A stretch of DNA of 32,000 nucleotides from the NCBI RefSeq assembly GCF_000012465.1, contig NC_007335.2:60001-92000 (forward strand). Direction: 5' to 3'. The number at the start of each line of letters is the position of its first letter. Position 1 is the first letter of the stretch. Shown one piece after another: positions 8,786-16,616 of the stretch. Both the position numbers and the translations under genes were made by a program. Under the pieces are notes generated by a model. It did no database searches, was not told where the DNA came from, and saw only the letters and a list, made by a program, of their open reading frames with translations. Origin of the DNA: Prochlorococcus marinus str. NATL2A. Lineage in GTDB: Bacteria; Cyanobacteriota; Cyanobacteriia; PCC-6307; Cyanobiaceae.

Positions 8786-10480
8786 TTAATATAATCCAGT
8801 CATTTCAGAGAAAAGACCTTTGTTTTCAGCAGATTCTGAGAATCCCAAAAGTGCTTCATGCCTCTCTTCTATTCCATTCGTAAGATTACCGACCCAGTAG
8901 TTTAAACCAGCAGTATCTGCTTCTCTACCAAGGACATTTTTATAGAGATTATTCACATAGTTCGCATGAGAAACATCTTCGCCATACAACTCTATAAATT
9001 CTGCAGATCCCAAAAATGATTGAGCAACAACTCTTTCACTATTAGCTCCAGAACTCCTTTGACGAATCCAATATTCAAGACCACTTGCATCAGGAAATCG
9101 AGCAAAAGCAGCATTGTAGAGACGAAATGTTTTACCAGTTACATCATCTTTCCCTGTGACTTGATCAAAGGTACCTTTCAGGTCATCTAAAACACTCAAA
9201 TCCTTATCAGCAAAACTCAAACTAGAAACACCTGTTAACTCATCAATACCAGTTGCTGTTTTTATTCCATAGCGATCATCGCCTAAATCATAAAATGTGT
9301 AATCAGAAGATTTAAAGGCATAACTCTTATTCGTTGTAGGGACCTCAACAACATAGAAAAGTTTGTTATCAGCACTAACATCATTCCACTGACCAGCAGA
9401 ACCATATTTCCCTGGATTTGAACGCGACCAATCTTCTAATCCCAATGCCAATCGATGTTGAAACCCCTGACTATCATCAGGCTCTGTACCACCCCAACCT
9501 GTTCCCCACTCTTCTCTACTTTTACTGATTTCAACATTTGAATTAGACCACTTCCAATTCCATTCACTTGAAGTTTGAGTAGATGTTGTATCTCCATCAC
9601 TACCTCCTAACCAAATATATGCAGCACCACCTCCATCAGATCCACTCGTATTGGCAAACTCTGCTGTCGTAATTTGTCCACTGACCTTGCTAAATAATTG
9701 ATCATTTTCTGCTTTTGTTTCTACCTCAACTAATTTTCCTCCTAATGATTCTGCTGCTGTCTGTGCCTCAGACCATGTTTTACTTGTTTTAAAAAGGTGA
9801 TAACGACTACTTCCAAAATTCCATGTTAAATCAGCACCTATTGTTGGATTATTAATTATGCTTTTGGAAATAGGATTCAAATACCAATTGTCTTCATAGT
9901 ATGTTGATACTCGGTATTGATTAAAATCTTCCATCTTATGAGTGGAAATTTCTGAATAAACTCCATTAGTAGTTTTTACATTGGCTACCAAATGCTCAAT
10001 TGATCCTCCTGGATTCCCAATTAAACTTTGTGCAGTGAACCATCCTATCTCTGTGCCTGCATTCTCAATACTAATGGCGTTGTTTGAAAGATATCCATAC
10101 ATATCCTCTGATTCTTTAACTAATCCAGTTTGCTGATAAGTGGTTTTCTCCCAATCCCATGCTGACTTTGAAGATATTTTACCACTGTTAAAAAGACCAT
10201 TTTGATCATATCCAAAAGTACCTAAAAATATTTGACGATTAGCATCCTGAATTGACTCATCACTAGAGATATACTCTGTATTCTGACTTTGTATAATTGA
10301 ATTATTGCTAAGTTCGAACTTCACATCCGCAACTGTGTAAACCTTATCTGTATCCGAGGATTCAAAAACCTTATTACTTTGTGGAGTTCCTAATCCATAA
10401 ACAATATCTTCCTCAAAAACAAGTCCGTCTATAATCCAAGATTTAACCACTTTTTGCACAATAAGACTATTGAATATCAT
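8786..10480 (-). CDS. C-type-lectin-like domain protein with DUF4214 tail (family member 3)
   Basis: 564 aa. Residues ~224-380 (nt 9341-9811) follow the CTLD pattern: TWSEAQ..ESLGGKLVEVET..E..F, YIWLGGSD, WKWSN, EPDD, GQWNDV. The C-terminal linker plus FRLYNAAFARFPDASGLEYW / NVLGREADTAGLNYW form the shared module. Confidence 0.9.
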   Translation of the reverse strand: MIFNSLIVQKVVKSWIIDGLVFEEDIVYGLGTPQSNKVFESSDTDKVYTVADVKFELSNNSIIQSQNTEYISSDESIQDANRQIFLGTFGYDQNGLFNSGKISSKSAWDWEKTTYQQTGLVKESEDMYGYLSNNAISIENAGTEIGWFTAQSLIGNPGGSIEHLVANVKTTNGVYSEISTHKMEDFNQYRVSTYYEDNWYLNPISKSIINNPTIGADLTWNFGSSRYHLFKTSKTWSEAQTAAESLGGKLVEVETKAENDQLFSKVSGQITTAEFANTSGSDGGGAAYIWLGGSDGDTTSTQTSSEWNWKWSNSNVEISKSREEWGTGWGGTEPDDSQGFQHRLALGLEDWSRSNPGKYGSAGQWNDVSADNKLFYVVEVPTTNKSYAFKSSDYTFYDLGDDRYGIKTATGIDELTGVSSLSFADKDLSVLDDLKGTFDQVTGKDDVTGKTFRLYNAAFARFPDASGLEYWIRQRSSGANSERVVAQSFLGSAEFIELYGEDVSHANYVNNLYKNVLGREADTAGLNYWVGNLTNGIEERHEALLGFSESAENKGLFSEMTGLY

Positions 10481-10752
10481 AGTGCTAGTAAGTATAGAAT
10501 GTCTAAGTTAATTCAATTATTAGTTTATTTATATCTTTTACCAAAATCACTAAATGAGGGAGTGTACTTTAGTAAACCCCTATTGTCGCCAAGGTTTCAA
10601 TCAAACATTTTAGGTACGCTAACTAATATCAATAGTAAGAGTATTCCGTCTTGTATAAGAATCACATAATAGTCAAATATGCTAAAATAGTGAATAAATA
10701 CATGATCAAATCAGTTGCAATAATTGAGTTTTTGGGGATCACACAATCTTTG

Positions 10753-10832
10753 TGGTATAGTCGATATTGATAAGTACATAAGGCTTAAAACCTGGTGATA
10801 GCAGTTGATTATAAGGATTAAGTTAGTGGTAT
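10753..10832. repeat. left copy of the ~80-nt direct repeat flanking cynS
   Basis: GTGGTATAGTCGATATTGATAAGTACATAAGGCTTAAAACCTGGTGATAGCAGTTGATTATAAGGATTAAGTTAGTGGTAT aligns at about 75% identity with 12002-12082. An extra GTGGTAT lies at 10837. Confidence 0.75.
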
Positions 10833-11079
10833 TTTAGTGGTATATAACTAACTCATGTAGATAATATAAAAAATAAAATTTTACTTATTTTCATTTACTT
10901 TAAATAAATTTCGGTGCAAAAGGGTATATATCAATTTTATATAGATAATTTTCACCAATATATTAAAGAAATGAAAATGGTGATTAACTATTAAAAGTAC
11001 TTATATTGTAGCGACTATCACTTGTCATGATATTCAAGAAAATTCATTATTAATATTATTAATTATTAGGCTTAAACAA

Positions 11080-11235
11080 ATGTCTGATTCCTCTAGTGAA
11101 ATGACTCCGCAGGAAAAAATTATTCAAGATAGAGTTAATCAATCTAGAAGTTTCCTCAGATTAAATGGTTTCAATCAATCATTAGGAGACCTTTGGAAAA
11201 AGATAAAGGAGGATTCAAAATATGATTTATTATAA
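11080..11235 (+). CDS. possible small protein (51 aa)
   Basis: Hand-translated ATG ORF (MSDSSSEMTPQEKIIQDRVNQSRSFLRLNGFNQSLGDLWKKIKEDSKYDLL) in the 800-bp spacer upstream of cynS. It is below the ORF-track length cutoff. Confidence 0.3.
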   Translation: MSDSSSEMTPQEKIIQDRVNQSRSFLRLNGFNQSLGDLWKKIKEDSKYDLL

Positions 11236-11460
11236 AAATTTTTAGAAGTCTACTAAGATTTAAAATTATAGCCATAAAAATAAATGAACTCTATCGCACA
11301 AAAATAAAATTTTTATTGTTAATTTGCATACATTATTAATCATGCACTTTTGTAACTATTCTAACTGAAACAATCAAGATTTAATCGTATTAGTTAATTA
11401 CCTATCTAATGAATATCTCTCGTTAGATATAGCTCTATTTACGTTATTAAATTTGTTTCT

Positions 11461-11904
11461 ATGTCATTTCCTGAATCAACTCAATTATTATTAAAAGCAA
11501 AAAAAGAAAAAGGATTAACCTTTGCAGATATTGGAATTCTATTAGGACTAGATGAAGTCTGGGTTGCTAGTCTTTTTTATGGACAATCAACTGCCAGTGA
11601 TGAAGAGGCTGATAAATTATTAACTACTTTAGGACTTGGTGCGGAACTTAAAGAGATATTGACAACTCCACCAGTAAAAGGATCACTAGATCCAGTAATT
11701 CCCACCGATCCATTGATATATCGTTTTTATGAAATCATGCAAGTTTATGGCATGCCAATGAAAGACGTGATTCAAGAAAAGTTTGGTGATGGGATCATGA
11801 GTGCAATAGATTTTACAATCAATGTAGATAAAGTCGAAGATCCGAAAGGTGACAGAGTGAAGGTTGCAATGTGTGGGAAGTTTTTACCCTACAAGAAATG
11901 GTAG
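11461..11904 (+). CDS. cynS: cyanate hydratase (cyanase)
   Basis: 147 aa. It has the N-terminal HTH-like half and the C-terminal cyanase signature [28 protein letters not shown]...V.DPKGDRV.....GKFLPYKKW. Confidence 0.95.
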   Translation: MSFPESTQLLLKAKKEKGLTFADIGILLGLDEVWVASLFYGQSTASDEEADKLLTTLGLGAELKEILTTPPVKGSLDPVIPTDPLIYRFYEIMQVYGMPMKDVIQEKFGDGIMSAIDFTINVDKVEDPKGDRVKVAMCGKFLPYKKW

Positions 11905-12001
11905 AGATTAATTCTTTTCTTTATGTTCAAGTGGTATAAAAGTGGTATATTTGAAAAAGTAATTCTTCAAATTCGTTCCAGTGGAATAGATCTCAGGTTA
12001 A

Positions 12002-12082
12002 GTGGTATAGTCGGCATTGATACATATATAAACCCTAAAACCCAGTAATAGCAATCGTTCTAAGGATTTAGGTTGGTGGTAT
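12002..12082. repeat. right copy of the ~80-nt direct repeat flanking cynS
   Basis: GTGGTATAGTCGGCATTGATACATATATAAACCCTAAAACCCAGTAATAGCAATCGTTCTAAGGATTTAGGTTGGTGGTAT. Extra GTGGTAT(A) copies lie at 11931 and 11942, and a GTGGAAT variant at 11981. Confidence 0.75.
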
Positions 12083-12100
12083 ATTTGCAGTTTTTGATCT

Positions 12101-12135
12101 AAGAACCCAGTCATAACACTCTTGATTGGGTGGAG
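12101..12135. repeat. left copy of the 35-nt direct repeat bracketing member 4
   Basis: AAGAACCCAGTCATAACACTCTTGATTGGGTGGAG here versus AGAAATCAAGTCACAACACTCTTGATTGGGTAGAG at 14221. Confidence 0.7.
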
Positions 12136-12417
12136 GAGCAACTAATGGAAGTAGAAACCATTTGATATGGGAATAGCAATCAAGCACTAACCTAAACCAA
12201 ACTAAAAATAAAATATCTAGTCTTTAATATATTAGAAAATCGATTTTTTTATAGAGACAAAAGTCTATGCAAACATAGATTTCAGGAAAGGATCTCAAGA
12301 ATATTTAGGAAGAAATGCTTCTGGAATGAGAATAGTGGGATTTTAGCACTTATCTGTCTAGCTAAAATAGCTTAACTAGTCTTCGATACTGTATATTAAC
12401 GATTTCATATTGAATAG

Positions 12418-14097
12418 ATGTCTAATTCGAGTATTGATTTTTTATTAAATAACTCTAATCAGAGAGATTATATAAAGACAATCATAGAAAATAAATTAAT
12501 CAATTATTCTCTTTCCGCAAATCATAGTAATATTGAGTCTAATTGGTTTCAAAAAACTTTTAAACACATTACCAATCTTTCAGGCATAGAGTTTATATTA
12601 ACAGATCAAACTTCATCAGATATTCATTATACTTTAGAGATAGTAAGTGAAAATGAATGGGACAAAACTGATGATTTATCAAAGAGAATTATTGGAACTG
12701 ATAACAAGAAGTTCAACTACCAAACGACGCATAAAACTGATTCGTATGGCGGAGTTCGTGCTCAATGTGAAGTTACAAGAGTAATACTTAAATCTCTAGG
12801 TTTGTCATTTCCAAATGGTGATTCTTTGGATGAAAATTATACTTTTAATGATTCGATTATGTCAGGTAATTTAGTTGGTCAACTAAAAGCTGGAAGAGTG
12901 ATTTCAACAACAGTTAATGATCAATTAGCTATTCAATCCATACTAGGTACAAATAAGGCAAGATTAGAAACTGAAAAATATCATAATACAAAATTAAATG
13001 AGGATTTATTAATAGGAGAAAATGGGAGAAAGGATTATTTTATTCTAAATAGAAAAGGTTGCTATACAGGAGCAGATGCGGCTCATACATTTGAGGAAAG
13101 TTCTGATGGGCAAGGAACTATTTTTAAGAATTTTGATTATTTAAATGCATCGGTTGCGAATTTTAATCCAGAGGAAGGAGATAAAATATTTTTGTCTAGA
13201 AAATTATTTAGCCCATATGGAGATGGGTACCCTACAAATGAAGAAATAGCTTTAACAAGTGCATGGGTAAACAATGATGGTAAAGATGTAGTGATCGATC
13301 TCATACAAGCGTCGGAGGATTTAGGTCCATTCGAGACTGAAGATGAATTGCATATGAATTCATCTTCTAATTTAATTTTCAATGAGGCAGGTAAACTTAT
13401 ATTGAATGTGAACGGTACAGAACAGTATGTTGGACCATGGGGAGGTGCTGTCCCTTCATACGTGAATGGACACCTTGCAGCATTTATAGATATTCAAGAT
13501 ACTCATTATAAAAAGCTACCACTTAATTGCTTTGAGATAGTTGATTACGATTGGAAAGCTATATCTAATAGTTATGATAATAATTTTTACAAGTTAGCTG
13601 ATAATCGTTTTGGATTTGGTCCAACAAAAGATACTGTCGATGAAATCACTGGATTGAGCACGATTCAGTTTAATGACAAGAGTTTGCATGTAACTAATGA
13701 TATCAAAGGAACCTTTGATCAAGTCACCGGATTAAACACTGACTCCGGTGAAATGTTCCGTCTCTACAACGCTGCATTCGCTCGCTTTCCTGATGCTGAC
13801 GGACTTAAGTATTGGATAGATCAGTTTAGTTCTGGACGTAACACTAGACGAGTCGTTGCTCAATCATTCTTAGGATCTGCAGAATTCACTGAGAAGTATG
13901 GAAGCAATGTTAGTGATGAGACGTATGTCAATAATCTCTATAAGAATGTGCTTGGTAGAGACGCTGATGCTGAAGGACTTAACTACTGGGTTGGTAATCT
14001 CAGCAGTGGACTTGAAACGCGCTATGAAGCGCTCCTAGGGTTTGCAGAATCAGCTGAGAACAAAACCCTCTTTTCTGAAATGACCGGACTTGTTTAA
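12418..14097 (+). CDS. DUF4214-tailed protein with a possible degenerate metzincin-like head (family member 4)
   Basis: 559 aa, ATG start. The C-terminal module is ~97% identical in protein to members 1/2 but differs at many synonymous sites. The head contains TRVILKSLGLSFPNG...SIMSG. Confidence 0.9.
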   Translation: MSNSSIDFLLNNSNQRDYIKTIIENKLINYSLSANHSNIESNWFQKTFKHITNLSGIEFILTDQTSSDIHYTLEIVSENEWDKTDDLSKRIIGTDNKKFNYQTTHKTDSYGGVRAQCEVTRVILKSLGLSFPNGDSLDENYTFNDSIMSGNLVGQLKAGRVISTTVNDQLAIQSILGTNKARLETEKYHNTKLNEDLLIGENGRKDYFILNRKGCYTGADAAHTFEESSDGQGTIFKNFDYLNASVANFNPEEGDKIFLSRKLFSPYGDGYPTNEEIALTSAWVNNDGKDVVIDLIQASEDLGPFETEDELHMNSSSNLIFNEAGKLILNVNGTEQYVGPWGGAVPSYVNGHLAAFIDIQDTHYKKLPLNCFEIVDYDWKAISNSYDNNFYKLADNRFGFGPTKDTVDEITGLSTIQFNDKSLHVTNDIKGTFDQVTGLNTDSGEMFRLYNAAFARFPDADGLKYWIDQFSSGRNTRRVVAQSFLGSAEFTEKYGSNVSDETYVNNLYKNVLGRDADAEGLNYWVGNLSSGLETRYEALLGFAESAENKTLFSEMTGLV

Positions 14098-14200
14098 CCA
14101 CTTAGATATCCATTACAAATTTCTTCACTCTCATTATTCATATAACCACCACTCATTTCCCCTCATACGCCGCTTTTATATAGCTATTAAAAGAGAAGAA
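14095..14200. repeat. conserved non-coding 3' flank of member 4 (inverted copy of 3080-3187)
   Basis: See 3080-3187. Indels break any common reading frame, so the conservation is not protein-coding. Confidence 0.8.
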
Positions 14201-14220
14201 ACAAAACCCTACTACCAAAA

Positions 14221-14255
14221 AGAAATCAAGTCACAACACTCTTGATTGGGTAGAG
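14221..14255. repeat. right copy of the 35-nt direct repeat bracketing member 4
   Basis: See 12101-12135. This copy can fold as AATCAAG-loop-CTTGATT. Confidence 0.7.
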
Positions 14256-14435
14256 AAAAAACTTAGTGCTTAGAAAGTTTTTCTTTTTTGAACTCTTGTT
14301 TTCCTAATAACTCTTTGCGGAGTCACTCATTTTAATTATCTGGCTATTGTGACAACCAGTATGCTCTTGCAATAGTTTTCATCAATTTGTGTCATTTTTC
14401 ATGGACACCTCCTTTTGAGTTGCGAAGATGTATGT

Positions 14436-14531
14436 ATGAAAAGCATTTCTAAACTTATAGCAATCATTATCGTTGCAATTTTCATCATTTCTGCTTTTGC
14501 AGGATTGTTTGGAACACTTTTATCGAGCTAA
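14436..14531 (+). CDS. possible 31-aa single-helix membrane peptide
   Basis: Hand-translated: MKSISKLIAIIIVAIFIISAFAGLFGTLLSS. It sits ~40 nt downstream of a repeated upstream element. Confidence 0.3.
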   Translation: MKSISKLIAIIIVAIFIISAFAGLFGTLLSS

Positions 14532-14541
14532 TCAATGGTTT

Positions 14542-14715
14542 ATGATTTATAAAATCATCAGGCAGGATAAAGAATCCGATGATATTACTGTTCAATCATT
14601 TAGTTGCTATGACGAGGCATACGATTTATTAGAAGAGATATACTCTGATGTTTGTTGTTCTGATGCTGATTATGGGGACCGTCCCTATTATGAAATTATT
14701 GAAGTAGAAGAATGA
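14542..14715 (+). CDS. hypothetical small acidic protein (57 aa from the internal ATG)
   Basis: The ORF-track entry 14473-14715 starts at a TTG and overlaps the 14436 peptide. The ATG at 14542 (MIYKIIRQDKESDD...) is the more plausible start. Confidence 0.4.
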   Translation: MIYKIIRQDKESDDITVQSFSCYDEAYDLLEEIYSDVCCSDADYGDRPYYEIIEVEE

Positions 14716-14852
14716 AACTTATAGAGAGTCAAAATCTGCGAATTACTAGGTATCTAAATAAGCTGGATTCTAGTTATTGTAGATTTCTTTGGCTTGTCTT
14801 TTGTAAAGTGCTCTTAGCTCAGCTGATACTTGCAAGACTAATTGAGTACTAA

Positions 14853-15059
14853 ATGTATAAGCAACAGGCTCTGTTGGAATATTTAAGCTCACCTGAGGGA
14901 ATTAATAAAATTATTGTTGGAATTATTTTAGTCGGGGCTATTAATGCAATTTTTATAACCTATAGCGTTAGGAGAACTTATGGGGCTGCCAAAAAAGAGA
15001 GAGAACAACAAAAAATTCAACAAGCTAAAATCGATAAATTATCCCCTAAAAAGGAATAG
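14853..15059 (+). CDS. hypothetical small membrane protein (68 aa)
   Basis: One hydrophobic helix (IIVGIILVGAINAIFITY) followed by a Lys/Gln-rich tail. First of three tightly packed co-oriented ORFs. Confidence 0.45.
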   Translation: MYKQQALLEYLSSPEGINKIIVGIILVGAINAIFITYSVRRTYGAAKKEREQQKIQQAKIDKLSPKKE

Positions 15060-15064
15060 AAAAT

Positions 15065-15280
15065 ATGCTTATTTTTAAACTATGGACTAAGGCATCGAGG
15101 TGTATACCTTTTAATATAAAACGTCCCATTGTATTCCCAATAATCGTTTATGCATATTATATTTTGATGTTAAGCGCTTTGCCTTGGTTTATGGTTAGAT
15201 ATGTATTGAGTCGTCGTTTAACTGGACAGGGGGTCGGAGACTTTGGTGATGAATCAATTACATTAATAGGGTCGGCTTAG
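15065..15280 (+). CDS. hypothetical small membrane protein (71 aa)
   Basis: Begins 5 nt after the previous stop. Hydrophobic helix IVFPIIVYAYYILMLSALPWFMV. Confidence 0.45.
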   Translation: MLIFKLWTKASRCIPFNIKRPIVFPIIVYAYYILMLSALPWFMVRYVLSRRLTGQGVGDFGDESITLIGSA

Positions 15281-15444
15281 TGAAGTTCATTTTTTTGATA
15301 GTGATTGTTTGTGGTCTTACTTTCCCTAGTTTTCGTATAACTCTTGCAGCTTTATTAGAAGCTTCATCTGATTATCTTTATGAGTCAGCTAGGCGTGAGA
15401 AAAGTTTCATTCCTTATTGGTTAATGAAAGTTAGAAATGACTAA
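15280..15444 (+). CDS. possible small membrane protein (54 aa, GTG start)
   Basis: Hand-translated VKFIFLIVIVCGLTFPSFRITLAALLEASSDYLYESARREKSFIPYWLMKVRND. The GTG overlaps the preceding TAG by 1 nt (TAGTG). Confidence 0.3.
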   Translation: MKFIFLIVIVCGLTFPSFRITLAALLEASSDYLYESARREKSFIPYWLMKVRND

Positions 15445-15666
15445 TTATTTGTTCCATACTGACAATATTTTAATGTAAGGATTGGGAGCTTTAGCTCATT
15501 TGGTCCAATAATTATAGTTTTAAAGAGCGCAATTAAAGTTTTTATAAAGATAATGAATAACGCTAAGAAAACTCAAATAAGTATATTTTTGATAGATTGT
15601 TTCTTAGATTAAATCCATTTGTTTGTTGCTCTGGTTAGTTAATTTTCTTTTGTGGGAGATTGTGTT

Positions 15667-15699
15667 CCTAATAGCTTTTATTACCTAAAAGCTATTAGG
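15667..15699 (+). other. perfect 13-bp stem hairpin with no T-run
   Basis: CCTAATAGCTTTT-attacct-AAAAGCTATTAGG in a non-coding stretch upstream of the 15868 ORF. Confidence 0.5.
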
Positions 15700-15867
15700 A
15701 TTATCGCTCTTGACGCACTTGTTATGAGTAATCAATCCAAGAGCATATCGAATTGAGAGGAATAAAATAACAGCCAAATGCTCTTGCTAAGCGTGTTCAT
15801 ATCAACTTGTGAATGCATTGATTTTCAAAACTCAGGTTAAAATAGTTAAATATTTCTCTGACTATAA

Positions 15868-16044
15868 GTGAGCAATATCTCGGATATTGAAGAATTAATA
15901 GCTGATTCCATGACAGGTCTCATGATCAGAGCTGAAAGACTCAATGAATTTGATCAATTAGCTATTAGTGAAGAATTTAGAGAGTGGTTAAACGAGGGCG
16001 TAAGGGTTGAGGATGTCTTGAAATTAGTGACTATCAAAGAATGA
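15868..16044 (+). CDS. possible small acidic protein (58 aa from GTG; 44 aa from the ATG at 15910)
   Basis: Hand-translated ORF ...SDIEELIADSMTGLMIRAERLNEFDQLAISEEFREWLNEGVRVEDVLKLVTIKE. It is preceded by the same ~55-nt element found upstream of the 14436 peptide. Confidence 0.3.
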   Translation: MSNISDIEELIADSMTGLMIRAERLNEFDQLAISEEFREWLNEGVRVEDVLKLVTIKE

Positions 16045-16065
16045 CCATAAATTTTGAGGAGAAAT

Positions 16066-16293
16066 TTATGCCGCAATCTTGTCAATATCTAATAATCTAG
16101 CGATATCAATATCCACATCATCTCCTTCTTCTTTACGTTTTAAGAACTTATCGAAGTCAATTACGTTATAACTGCTTCGCTTGAGTTCAGCACTTTTATT
16201 TAGGTAATCTAGCGAGACTAGAAATACAGGAATAACGCAGAATGGAATAACTAGGATGTAAAACTCTACAAGCATTTTAATTAATTCTGACAA
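16066..16293 (-). CDS. hypothetical small membrane protein (75 aa)
   Basis: N-terminal helix (FYILVIPFCVIPVFLVSL) and an acidic tail. Confidence 0.45.
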   Translation of the reverse strand: MSELIKMLVEFYILVIPFCVIPVFLVSLDYLNKSAELKRSSYNVIDFDKFLKRKEEGDDVDIDIARLLDIDKIAA

Positions 16294-16469
16294 ACTCAGC
16301 TTTACTTAGGTAGTCAATGATTGCAATAGGGATGGTAGAAATTTGCTGCTTTCCTTATACGATATTAGCTGTAAGATATTAGATGATTTATGTAGATATT
16401 CATCTTTAGGTCAGTTTTTAAAATAGAAATCATACTGAGTGCTTAGTTGGTGATTGATTATATAGCCTT

Positions 16470-16616
16470 CTATGCAGCTTTATCTTCCAATCGACCATAT
16501 CGGTATCTCATTATGTCTATTACTTGATCCTTTGTACTCCAGCTTTTAATTCTATCTTTAATGGTAAGTAGCTGTGATTCAGTGAGTTCAATACGTGAGC
16601 TATCAAGATTTTTCAT
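16470..16616 (-). CDS. possible small protein (48 aa)
   Basis: Hand-translated MKNLDSSRIELTESQLLTIKDRIKSWSTKDQVIDIMRYRYGRLEDKAA. Below the ORF-track cutoff. Confidence 0.3.
   Translation of the reverse strand: MKNLDSSRIELTESQLLTIKDRIKSWSTKDQVIDIMRYRYGRLEDKAA

Noticed and set aside
11352-11401. NtcA-like sites upstream of cynS: TGTA-N8-AAC at 11352-11365 and GTA-N9-TAC at 11387-11401.
   Set aside because: Neither fits the canonical GTA-N8-TAC. One has a wrong half-site and the other has wrong spacing. I also could not place a convincing -10 box at the expected distance. Such partial matches are expected by chance in AT-rich DNA.
8084-12420. A CRISPR array, or a tRNA/tmRNA gene serving as the island integration site.
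   Set aside because: The short repeats are irregular in length and spacing and are not separated by uniform spacers. I could not fold any segment into a cloverleaf or find a GGTTCGAATCC-type T-arm anywhere in the window. A tRNAscan run would be the definitive check.
10753-14255. Integron-like cassette array: the repeats flanking cynS and member 4 read as attC sites.
   Set aside because: The repeats are direct and lack the internal inverted symmetry of attC. No integrase gene or attI-like site is visible in the window.
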